Source: Bacteriovorax stolpii
GTDB taxonomy: Bacteria > Bdellovibrionota > UBA2428
Direction: 5' to 3'
DNA: 64,000 nt
Assembly: GCA_945881775.1 (NCBI GenBank)
Contig: CAMCVE010000012.1
Span: 8,073-72,072, forward strand
This document shows, one piece after another, positions 56,176-64,000 of this stretch. The translations under genes were made by a program, and so were the position numbers. The notes below the pieces were generated by a model, which searched no databases, was not told where the DNA came from, and saw only the letters and a list, made by a program, of their open reading frames with translations. The stretch's first letter is position 1; the number at the start of each line of letters is the position of its first letter.

Positions 56176-57603
56176 ATGCTCTCACCTATTAGAAAAATTT
56201 CTTTCGTCGCGGTTGCTGTGTTTGGTCTTGTTGTTGTTCAGCAGGCAAAGGCTGAGTCGCAGTCTTCTGTTTTGACTTTGAACAAGGCCAAAGAAATTGC
56301 GGTCCAGCAGAGTCCTACACTCGGTGCCGCTCAGGAGCGCATCACGCAAGCTTCTTGGAGAATCCGCGAAGCAGCGGCCAAGTATTATCCCAATCTGCGT
56401 TTTGTGAGCAGTGCGACCGGATATCTGCGCACGCCCATAACCGATCGTAACGTTTCCCAAGGTCGCAGCTCCGATCCCTACGTTCTCTTTGGAAATTATC
56501 TCGAGTCGACCTGGGTCGTCTTCGATGGCTTCCAAAGGAAATTCGAAAAAATCAATGCTCAACATCAGGCTCGCGTCGCTCGCTCCCTGCTCGCCGATGA
56601 GCATCGTCTCTTGGCACTTTCCGTAGCCAAAGCCTACTCAGGCGTCATGATGGCGCGAGAGAACGTGCGCCTAGCTGGCGAGCGCCTGAAGCTCCAAGAA
56701 GATCTTGTGGAATCATTCTCGGGTCCTGTGGATGGTGTGGACACTTCCCGTAGTGTTGGTGATGTCGACAGCGAGTACGCGCAAGTCGCCGAACTCGAGC
56801 GTCTCAGAGAAGAAATCGTGACAGCCAAGCTCGACGAAGAGATCGCGCGCATGGTCCTTGCTGAACTCATGAACGATTCAAGCGGACGTATCGAGTCCGA
56901 AATTTCTGAAGTCCCCACTCTTTCGAAAGAATTCCGTAGCAAGATCGCCAGTACAGAAGACACCTATGCGATCTACTCAGCGCTCTCCAAGCGTCAAGAT
57001 CTCGAAGCTGCAAGCGCTCGTATCAGCGGTCGTGGTGCTCTCATTAAAGTTGAGAAGGCCAGTGGCATGCCCCGTGTGATTCTCGAAGCACGTGCGGGTT
57101 ACCAGTCTGTCGACAACTACTCCTTCAATAAGGACAATCAAGATGTCTACGGCGGTATCCGCGTTGAATGGGACATCTTCGACGGAAATCTGCGTCGTGC
57201 ACGCGTGAAAGAAGCTGAAGCTGCGGAGCGCGAAGCCACCCAGGAGCTCATGGCCAAGACAGCTCAAGTGAGACGGGAAGTGCTTGTCGCACGCGCCCAA
57301 GTTCGCTCGAGCATGGTGATCGTGGACGGTCGCCTGAAAGCGCTACAAACGGCAAGCAGCAAACGCGATCAAGTGCGCGAACGTCTCCAAGCAGGTATCG
57401 CTACCAATACCGAGATGGCATTTGCCGAACAGCTCTTGGTGAGCGAAAAAGCTCGCATGAGCGCCGCTAGCATCGAAGTCCTTAGCGCCTACGAAAACTA
57501 CATGGCCGCAATTGCAGAGAACCTTCCTGCCCCAAAGAAGGTTGCTATTGTGACTGTAGAACCTGCGAAGAAAGCTAAGAAGTCCAAGTCCGGCAAGAAG
57601 TGA
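56176..57603 (+). CDS. TolC-family outer-membrane protein
   Basis: Signal peptide, LTLNKAKEIAVQQSP, two OEP repeats (YYPNL...VFDG; MPRV...IFDG) and a Lys-rich tail. Confidence 0.85.
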   Translation: MLSPIRKISFVAVAVFGLVVVQQAKAESQSSVLTLNKAKEIAVQQSPTLGAAQERITQASWRIREAAAKYYPNLRFVSSATGYLRTPITDRNVSQGRSSDPYVLFGNYLESTWVVFDGFQRKFEKINAQHQARVARSLLADEHRLLALSVAKAYSGVMMARENVRLAGERLKLQEDLVESFSGPVDGVDTSRSVGDVDSEYAQVAELERLREEIVTAKLDEEIARMVLAELMNDSSGRIESEISEVPTLSKEFRSKIASTEDTYAIYSALSKRQDLEAASARISGRGALIKVEKASGMPRVILEARAGYQSVDNYSFNKDNQDVYGGIRVEWDIFDGNLRRARVKEAEAAEREATQELMAKTAQVRREVLVARAQVRSSMVIVDGRLKALQTASSKRDQVRERLQAGIATNTEMAFAEQLLVSEKARMSAASIEVLSAYENYMAAIAENLPAPKKVAIVTVEPAKKAKKSKSGKK

Positions 57604-57627
57604 TTTAAAGACCTACGGGTTCAGGCG

Positions 57628-58017
57628 TCAGTCTTCTGGAGACGCCTGACCTGTTCGAGCCGCATAGTGAATGCGGTCGTAGTGCTCTAAATCGAAGGCC
57701 TCAATGTTTTCAAGCTGGGCCTCCGAGAGACCCCGATAGATGTGCGAGCAGTTGTAACAAACCAGCGCGAGTTTACGAGTGTGAGCAAAGTAGCGGTCTA
57801 CCACCAGAGCTACGAGCATCGGGCTCATGAACGTGAACCACCCAAAACCCATCCCCATCAAAACAAAACTCACAAGTGAAGCCACCGTGACCACGCCGAC
57901 TCCAATAGAGCGGCGGAAGTCCGGCTGTTTGTAGAATGCGCTAGAGGCGCAGCTCTCGCACTTGGCGGGAACTGCGCTCACCTGAGAGGCGGAGCCTGAA
58001 AGCCCCAAGAGGCTCAT
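57628..58017 (-). CDS. Small membrane protein with a split CxxC/CxxC zinc ribbon
   Basis: CESC, two TM helices, then CYNC; start overlaps the bcp stop (ATGA). Confidence 0.7.
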   Translation of the reverse strand: MSLLGLSGSASQVSAVPAKCESCASSAFYKQPDFRRSIGVGVVTVASLVSFVLMGMGFGWFTFMSPMLVALVVDRYFAHTRKLALVCYNCSHIYRGLSEAQLENIEAFDLEHYDRIHYAARTGQASPED

Positions 58018-58754
58018 GCGCGGAGTTTTCCAAGAGTCGCGACAACGTCTTCAACGTGGCCTTCGACGCTAACGGGTTGCCATACGTGAGCCACGGTGTC
58101 GCCTTTGAGCAGGAGAGTCGTGCGCTCGACGCCCATGTATTCACGTCCCATATATTGCTTTTTGCGCCAGAGTCCGAAATGCCCAATCAACTTTTTATCG
58201 CTGTCGGAGAGAAGGGTGAAATTGAGGTCGTACTTCTCGATAAATTTGCGGTGATCTGCGGGTGAGTCGGGGCTCACTCCGAGCACTTGCACGCCATCGC
58301 CAACAAGGTTGTTCATATGGTCGCGGAAGGAGCAGGCTTGCTTGGTGCAACCAGGGGTGTCGTCTTTAGGGTAGAAATACAGAACAGTCCAGGGTGAGGA
58401 GAGCAGCTGCTCGCCGAGATCAACTTCGTGGTCGCCCTGGTCGAGCAAGGTCACGGTGGGCACTTGCGAGGAGACGGCAATCTTGGCGTAGCTGACTTCG
58501 CTAGCGGCCTTTTTAGGTGCTGGAGCTTTTGCGGGGGCCGTTGCTTTTTTTGCAGGAGCTTTTTTGGCCGGAGCTTTTTTAGCGGCGGCTTTTTTGGGAG
58601 CTGCTTTTTTTGCCGCGACTTTTTTCTTCGCGACTTTTTTTGCGGGTTTTTTGGAAGCCGTTTTTTTCTTGGGGGCGGCTTTTTTTGCGGGAGCTTTTTT
58701 GCTCGCGGTTTTCTTGGCGGGGGTTTTCTTTGTTTTCTTTTTCTTCGTGGCCAT
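58014..58754 (-). CDS. bcp: BCP/PrxQ peroxiredoxin with an N-terminal histone H1-like Lys/Ala/Pro-rich tail
   Basis: LYFYPKDDTPGCTKQAC, GVSPD and ERTT, preceded by about 85 aa of AKKAPAKK-type repeats. Confidence 0.9.
   Translation of the reverse strand: MATKKKKTKKTPAKKTASKKAPAKKAAPKKKTASKKPAKKVAKKKVAAKKAAPKKAAAKKAPAKKAPAKKATAPAKAPAPKKAASEVSYAKIAVSSQVPTVTLLDQGDHEVDLGEQLLSSPWTVLYFYPKDDTPGCTKQACSFRDHMNNLVGDGVQVLGVSPDSPADHRKFIEKYDLNFTLLSDSDKKLIGHFGLWRKKQYMGREYMGVERTTLLLKGDTVAHVWQPVSVEGHVEDVVATLGKLRA
58505..58745 (-). repeat. Low-complexity coding repeat (KKA/PAKK units)
   Basis: Repeated GC(T/G)TTTTT-type units on the + strand encode Lys/Ala-rich repeats on the - strand. Confidence 0.8.
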
Positions 58755-58772
58755 GATCTTTATGACTCCTCG

Positions 58773-59114
58773 TTATTTTTTTCGCTTGTCTTTGATTCTC
58801 TTAGGGTTGGGGACCCAGACAGTCGTCGACTTTTTTACAACAGCCTGACACGCGAGTCTTTCCTTTGTTATGAAAAACACATTCCCGAGCAAGGACTTCT
58901 CAGCCATCTCCATGGGCTCAAACGCCTCAGCTCCACCCTCTTTGACGATCACTCGGCAATCGGCACATGAAGGAGAGCCGCCACAAGTCTGCTGAATAAG
59001 AACGCCGGCACGGTACGCAACCTGTGCGACGGTCTCGCCTGCTGAGGCATCGGTGCTCAGGTCCCTATCGGGGCCAGAGTCTTGTTCACAGAGGAAACGA
59101 ATGCGTAGGGTCAT
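58773..59114 (-). CDS. 2Fe-2S ferredoxin (adrenodoxin-like)
   Basis: CGGSPSCADC...RLACQ. Confidence 0.88.
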   Translation of the reverse strand: MTLRIRFLCEQDSGPDRDLSTDASAGETVAQVAYRAGVLIQQTCGGSPSCADCRVIVKEGGAEAFEPMEMAEKSLLGNVFFITKERLACQAVVKKSTTVWVPNPKRIKDKRKK

Positions 59115-59164
59115 TTTTGAATCTCGGGATCTTGGGGTAGAATTCAACATGGGTGGGCTATCAC

Positions 59165-60346
59165 ATGCAAGTTAAAGCTTTGAAGATACGTAACGTTTCG
59201 ATTGCGGCTGTCGCGCTTGTTGTGGCGTGCGCCAGTGTCTCCAAATATCGCTGGCCTGAGACCAACCCCTTTGCGGCTCTTGTCGACAAGGACCTCAATG
59301 CTGCAGCCAAGGGACGCACGCCGCTTAGACTCGTTTTTGCGAGCAATGTGATGGGTGAAGTCGAGCCTTGTGGGTGTGCCGTTGGCCCCAAGGGGGGACT
59401 CGATCGTCGTCTGAATTTCCTCGAGACTCAGGTCGTGGCTCAAGCCAAAGAGTGGCCGTTTGTCGTGGCGGATGCCGGCAATGCGATTCTTCCCACGCCC
59501 CGCGTCGACGAGGCTCGTCTGGAGTCTTATCGCGAAGTCGCCCGCAGGCTTTTGAAGGCTCATAAAGAAATGGGCGTCGCGGTGCAGAACGTTGGCTACC
59601 TCGATCTTGGCTTTGGCGTAGATTTCCTGAAGAAAGTTTCAGAAGAGACCGGGCTCCCCATGATCTCGGCGTCGTGGATGGGCGAAGATGGGGTGCTTGT
59701 TTTTGCTCCGACCCACACCGTTAAAGTATCGGATGCGGTTTCTGTCACTTTTGTCGGGCTCTCTGCTGGGCTTGAGGGGGCGCGTCCCGATCTCAAACTT
59801 AAAGTTCGCGACGCCTCGGCAAGTCTTAAAGAGGCGCTCGCTTCGATCCCCGAAACGCACGTTGTGGTTGTTCTGAGTGATCTCGGGCAGCCCAAAGATG
59901 AAGAGCTCGCCCGCGAATTCTCAACCCGCTCTATGGTCTTTGTAGGATCGCGCGACATGGGCGGCGTCTCACTCCCCAAGCAGTCGGGTTTTTCGCTACT
60001 GGTGCAGGCGCAGTTCCGAGGCCAGCAGTGGGGACTTGTGGATGCGATGATTCAGCCCAAGGCTAAGGGTTGGGTCCTGCTCGAGAAAATGGCCGACTTT
60101 GAGAAGCTGTGGTCCCAGCTTGTCGCGCGTCGGGATAGGGACCGCGAACGTCTCAAGTCGAGTCATGAACTCACACTCGAAGAAGCGCGCCACTCCGAGA
60201 CGGCTAAGGATCTGATGACCTACGCACCCACGGATTACGCTGAGAAGTCGGTGTATCGCTATCGTCTCGAAGACCTCGGCGACGAGTATCGCAAGACCAA
60301 TCGTCTCAGTGAGCCGATGCGCCAAATGATCCGCCTTAAGCAGTAG
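59165..60346 (+). CDS. UshA/5'-nucleotidase-like lipoprotein with a CGC motif
   Basis: Lipobox VVAC, GEVEPCGC...GGLDRR, DAGN and NVGYLDL. Confidence 0.7.
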   Translation: MQVKALKIRNVSIAAVALVVACASVSKYRWPETNPFAALVDKDLNAAAKGRTPLRLVFASNVMGEVEPCGCAVGPKGGLDRRLNFLETQVVAQAKEWPFVVADAGNAILPTPRVDEARLESYREVARRLLKAHKEMGVAVQNVGYLDLGFGVDFLKKVSEETGLPMISASWMGEDGVLVFAPTHTVKVSDAVSVTFVGLSAGLEGARPDLKLKVRDASASLKEALASIPETHVVVVLSDLGQPKDEELAREFSTRSMVFVGSRDMGGVSLPKQSGFSLLVQAQFRGQQWGLVDAMIQPKAKGWVLLEKMADFEKLWSQLVARRDRDRERLKSSHELTLEEARHSETAKDLMTYAPTDYAEKSVYRYRLEDLGDEYRKTNRLSEPMRQMIRLKQ

Positions 60347-60349
60347 CCC

Positions 60350-61180
60350 TCAGATGATGGGACTAATCTCCCGAACGCTAATAGAATTCTTTTCTTTGAG
60401 ATCCAGGAGCTTCAGGAAGCGGTTGAGGCGACCTGGGGTATCAGGATTGTCTGTGAACACGAGGTCCATCGTGTGAGGGGCCTGACTCTTCTTTGAAGAG
60501 GCCAGCAGCGTGGCCACGAGAGGCTCGTTCCTAAGCGCTTCACCCGCGTGGACAAATTTCAAATGCGCGAATTCTCGACGGAGCGAATCGAGCAAGAACG
60601 GATAGTGCGTGCAGCCCAGGATCGCGATGTCGCCGGGCCGCGCTTCAGAGGCGAGATACTTCTGGATCACCCACTTGAGGGCGGGGCCTTCGGTGATGCC
60701 CTCTTCAACAAAGGGCACAAAAAGGGGACACGCTACCGAGCGCACTTCACCCGTAAAACCCTTAAGTCGGAGTTCTCTCTCATAGGCACCGCTCGAGACT
60801 GTGGCCTGGGTGGCGAGCACGAGAACACGTTGGGGTTTCATGCGGAGCGCCTCGCGGCACGAGGGTTCGATCACTCCGAGGAAAGGAATTTTACGTTCCT
60901 CAAGGAGCGGACGAATCGTGTCCAAGGCGTAAGCACTTGCGGTGTTGCAGGCGACAATGAGCAAATCAGGACGAGGGTAGCGAGACTCATCGAGGAGGTG
61001 GCGGATACTCTCTAGGGTAAGTTGCGAGATGCGACGTGCAGACTTTGGGCCGTAAGGAAGATTTGCCAGATCCCCAAGGTATGTGATTTGGCCCCCGTGG
61101 GAACTCGTGAGCAGCGGCGCCAAGGCGCTGAGTCCTCCGAGGCCAGAGTCAAAGGCGGCGAGCGTAAACGTCGGGCTCAC
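60350..61180 (-). CDS. murI: Glutamate racemase
   Basis: FDSGLGGLS, PYGPKS, VACNTAS and ILGCTHYP. Confidence 0.93.
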   Translation of the reverse strand: MSPTFTLAAFDSGLGGLSALAPLLTSSHGGQITYLGDLANLPYGPKSARRISQLTLESIRHLLDESRYPRPDLLIVACNTASAYALDTIRPLLEERKIPFLGVIEPSCREALRMKPQRVLVLATQATVSSGAYERELRLKGFTGEVRSVACPLFVPFVEEGITEGPALKWVIQKYLASEARPGDIAILGCTHYPFLLDSLRREFAHLKFVHAGEALRNEPLVATLLASSKKSQAPHTMDLVFTDNPDTPGRLNRFLKLLDLKEKNSISVREISPII

Positions 61181-62859
61181 CTGAGCACTCCTTTGGCGAG
61201 TGGCATGCGCCAGGCGGATCCAAAGGAGCGTGCGTGCACTTTCAAAAGAGGAGGAGCTTGGAAGCGCTTGTATTCCATCGCGTGGAAGACGCGAGTCAGG
61301 CGCTCAAACGTGTGATTTGAGCAGCTCGACAAGAATTTTTGGTTCGCTTCGCGGTTGAGGTTTTGGTTCTCGATAAGGTCCGCAAGCACAGTGTCGAGCA
61401 CAGCGTAATCCGGAAGCGAATCCTGGTCTTTTTGTCCTAGAGCAAGTTCTGCGCTTGGGGCGCGCTCCAGAATCGAGCGAGGAAAGATCTCCCCACGCAA
61501 CTGCATCCAGTAACAGAGACCAAAAACCTCGCTCTTGTAGAGATCCGCGATCGGCGCAAGCGCACCGCACATGTCGCCGTAGAGCGTGGCATAGCCCATA
61601 GCGAGTTCGCTTTTGTTGCCCGTCGAAAGCAGAAGGCGACTTTCTTGGGCGGAGACTGTCATGAGAAGGAGTCCGCGCGAGCGGCTCTGGAGGTTCTCGT
61701 AGGTGAGTCCCGATTCCTTAACGGCGAGCGTGGCACTGGCCGACCCAAGGAGTGCTTCGATCGAGAGCTCGCGGAATTCCATTCCGAGCTTTTTGCAAAG
61801 CGAGCGCGCGTCGTTTTTGGTCTCGGAGCTATTGAAGCGCGAAGGCAGCGAGAGGCCCAGCACATTCTCGGGTCCGAGCGCTTCACATGCGAGCGCAGCC
61901 ACGAGCGCCGAGTCGATTCCTCCCGACATTCCCAAGACGACTTTCTTGAAACCGGTTTTTCGGACATAGTCGGAAATACCCAGAGTGAGTGCTTGGCGCA
62001 CGCGCTCCCACTCGCCGACCTCAGAGGGCAAATTTTCTGCACCGAGTCCGCGAAGCCTCCGTGCGTTAGGCGAAAACTCCACAATGAGTTCTGCTTCAAC
62101 AAAGCGCGCTGCGCGCGCCACGATCCGACCCTCGGCATCCGTCGCGAAGCAGCCCCCATCGAAAACGATTTCGTCCTGTGCTCCCACGCAACTCGCAAAA
62201 ATAAGCGGTGCCGCGTGAGTTTGGGCATGGAGAGCGAAAGTTTCGTGACGACGGGAAATTTTTCCAATCGCGTAGGGAGAGGCTGAGAGATTGACGAGGA
62301 GATCGGAACCCACAAGCTGCTTGTCAAGCAGCTCGGCATAAGGGGAAAACCCTGCATCGTTCTTTCCGTAGCGACGGACCTCATTCCAGGCATCTTCACA
62401 AATGAAAATTCCAAGCTTCGCGCCCCTGAAAACCAAGGGCCGCTGCTCCTCGCCCTCGTAGCTTTCAAAGAAACGCTCTTCTTCGAAAATGTCGTAGTAG
62501 GGCATGCGGCGTTTGCGGATACGCCCGAGACAAAGCCCGGTGTCAAAGAGCGTTGCGGCGTTGTGCAGGGGTTTTCCGGGACCTGAGCGCGTCTCGGTGT
62601 GGCCTACGAGAATTCCCACGCCGTGTTGCTCGGAGAGGTGCGAAAGTTCTTCGAGAGCTGCGGCTTCGGCTGCGAGGAGCTCTGGAAGGCTCAGAAGATC
62701 GCGAGGCGAATAGCCCACAAGCGCGAGTTCGGGCGTCACGTAGAGATCGGCCCGACGAGGGTCTTTTTCAATGGCGCGGCGAATCTGAGAGAGATTGTGC
62801 TGGACGTCGCCGACGAGGGGATTGAGTTGCAGGATACAGATCCTGAGATGCGCGCTCAT
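61177..62859 (-). CDS. nadE: Glutamine-dependent NAD+ synthetase
   Basis: Nitrilase domain (PEL..GY, ICED, SASPY) plus synthetase domain (SGGIDS, ENLQSR, TGNKSE..MGYATLYGDM, PSAEL...QKD). Start at the ATG at 62859. Confidence 0.93.
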   Translation of the reverse strand: MSAHLRICILQLNPLVGDVQHNLSQIRRAIEKDPRRADLYVTPELALVGYSPRDLLSLPELLAAEAAALEELSHLSEQHGVGILVGHTETRSGPGKPLHNAATLFDTGLCLGRIRKRRMPYYDIFEEERFFESYEGEEQRPLVFRGAKLGIFICEDAWNEVRRYGKNDAGFSPYAELLDKQLVGSDLLVNLSASPYAIGKISRRHETFALHAQTHAAPLIFASCVGAQDEIVFDGGCFATDAEGRIVARAARFVEAELIVEFSPNARRLRGLGAENLPSEVGEWERVRQALTLGISDYVRKTGFKKVVLGMSGGIDSALVAALACEALGPENVLGLSLPSRFNSSETKNDARSLCKKLGMEFRELSIEALLGSASATLAVKESGLTYENLQSRSRGLLLMTVSAQESRLLLSTGNKSELAMGYATLYGDMCGALAPIADLYKSEVFGLCYWMQLRGEIFPRSILERAPSAELALGQKDQDSLPDYAVLDTVLADLIENQNLNREANQKFLSSCSNHTFERLTRVFHAMEYKRFQAPPLLKVHARSFGSAWRMPLAKGVLR

Positions 62860-62938
62860 GGGACTCGTCTTTCTGTCACTCTGAAACGTCTTTGTCGAGA
62901 TGTTTGCGAACTCTGCGAACATCCCGTAGATTAGGGAC

Positions 62939-63925
62939 ATGTCGGACACATCCTCGACCGGGGACAACAAGGAACAACTCAATTACAAGGGCTCGGTTTC
63001 GGGCCTGCGGGGACTTCTCGCCAATCGTCTCACAGACGGACTTGTTTCAGTCGCCTCAAGCGTCGCCTCTAAGATCGATCGCAAAATGGAAACGATCGCG
63101 AGTCAGAACGTCGGCACGAGCAAGATTCCGATCGCTCAGATTTATCCTTGTCCCGAACAGCCTCGGCAAGTCTTCGACCCGAAAGCCCTCGAAGAACTCT
63201 CGCAAACAATGCGTGAACTTGGCCAAGCGCAGGCGATCACCGTAAGAAAAACCGAAGAGGGTTATGAGATTATCAGCGGCGAGCGCCGCTACCGCGCCGC
63301 TAAGCTCGCGGGCTTCACGCATCTCGACTGCGTCGTGAAGAACTGCACCCAGAAAGACGCCCGCCTCCTCGCGCTCGTCGAGAACATGCAACGCGAAGAC
63401 CTCCTCCCGATCGAAGAGGCTCACTACCTTCGCAAGATTCTCGCCGAAAACAGCGACCTCACTCTCGATAAACTCGCCATGCGTCTCGGAACGCACAAAA
63501 GCACCCTGAGCGAGAAGATTCAGCTCACCGAAGTCCCCGCCGACTTGCACGGTCTCTTGCACGCCAAAGGCCGCACCTTTACGCACCGTCACTGGCGCGT
63601 GATTAGTCGCATTCAAGACGAGGCCTTCCGTCGCAACATGCTCGTCCAGGCCCTCGAAAATCAACTCTCGGTTTCGGAGCTCGAGCGTTCCCTCAAGGCG
63701 GCCGGCGTTTTGAAGTCAACGCGCCACCGCAAGAACCTGAATACATTGGACAAGCTTGACGTATCGGGACAGCCGGTTGAGACGCCCTATCGCCTTTATT
63801 CCCGCTCCGGCAACGCGCTTAAAATCCATGCGGCAACGCTTGTCCTTGGGCAGATCCCCGAGACCCAGAAGCAAGCCCTTTGCAACGAACTTGAGACGCT
63901 GCTTCAAGAACTCAAAAATCCTTGA
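62939..63925 (+). CDS. ParB/Spo0J-family protein
   Basis: PEQPRQVFD, EIISGERRYRAA, ALVENMQREDL.PIEEA and an HTH. Confidence 0.9.
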   Translation: MSDTSSTGDNKEQLNYKGSVSGLRGLLANRLTDGLVSVASSVASKIDRKMETIASQNVGTSKIPIAQIYPCPEQPRQVFDPKALEELSQTMRELGQAQAITVRKTEEGYEIISGERRYRAAKLAGFTHLDCVVKNCTQKDARLLALVENMQREDLLPIEEAHYLRKILAENSDLTLDKLAMRLGTHKSTLSEKIQLTEVPADLHGLLHAKGRTFTHRHWRVISRIQDEAFRRNMLVQALENQLSVSELERSLKAAGVLKSTRHRKNLNTLDKLDVSGQPVETPYRLYSRSGNALKIHAATLVLGQIPETQKQALCNELETLLQELKNP

Positions 63926-64000
63926 ACATCAGTTAAGGGCGTCAGAACTCCTGCCGATAGCGTCTCTACATGAGCCGTTCACTACGTAAAACGTCCGCTT

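Noticed and set aside
58428-58970. Phe-rich plus-strand ORFs and apparent tandem repeat or CRISPR-like pattern
   Set aside because: These are the antisense of the Lys-rich bcp tail, with no constant repeat-spacer structure.
63926-64000. Possible 3' end of a minus-strand gene at the window edge
   Set aside because: Too little sequence to pick a frame or product.
1-64000. rRNA, tRNA, CRISPR arrays, integrases/transposases, prophage or defence genes
   Set aside because: None recognised by eye; nearly all sequence is explained by the listed CDSs.

Overview
A gene-dense bacterial chromosomal window of moderately high GC. Its gene content (Lsa36-like surface protein, many secreted hypotheticals, UshA-like CGC protein, HDOD protein) suggests a Bdellovibrionota/Oligoflexia- or deltaproteobacteria-like organism; this is inference only. 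The flanks (about 1-16.6 kb and 56-64 kb) hold mostly housekeeping or accessory genes: a KimA-like transporter, Pif1 helicase, two ABC-F ATPases, a Gre-like factor, LD-carboxypeptidase, TolC, BCP, ferredoxin, murI, nadE and parB. An intergenic DnaA-box cluster lies at about 10.5-10.7 kb. The centre (about 16.6-56 kb) is a roughly 40 kb composite locus. It has a minus-strand operon (methyltransferase, atypical M28 peptidase, PPTase, a 3603-aa thioesterase-less NRPS/PKS with domains A-T-KS-AT-ACP-aminotransferase-C-A-T-C-T, and two translationally coupled non-canonical alpha/beta hydrolases). Next to it is a Wza/Wzc/Wzy-type exopolysaccharide cluster rich in tailoring genes (FkbH plus ACP, ATP-grasp, GNAT-like, O-acetyltransferase, two deacetylase-like proteins, a GT2-priming transferase fusion). 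The best candidate for an undescribed system is an assembly line that makes a diamino-acyl-peptide group and transfers it onto a surface polysaccharide. I saw no rRNA, tRNA, CRISPR array or transposase. All assignments come from reading motifs by eye; no searches were run.
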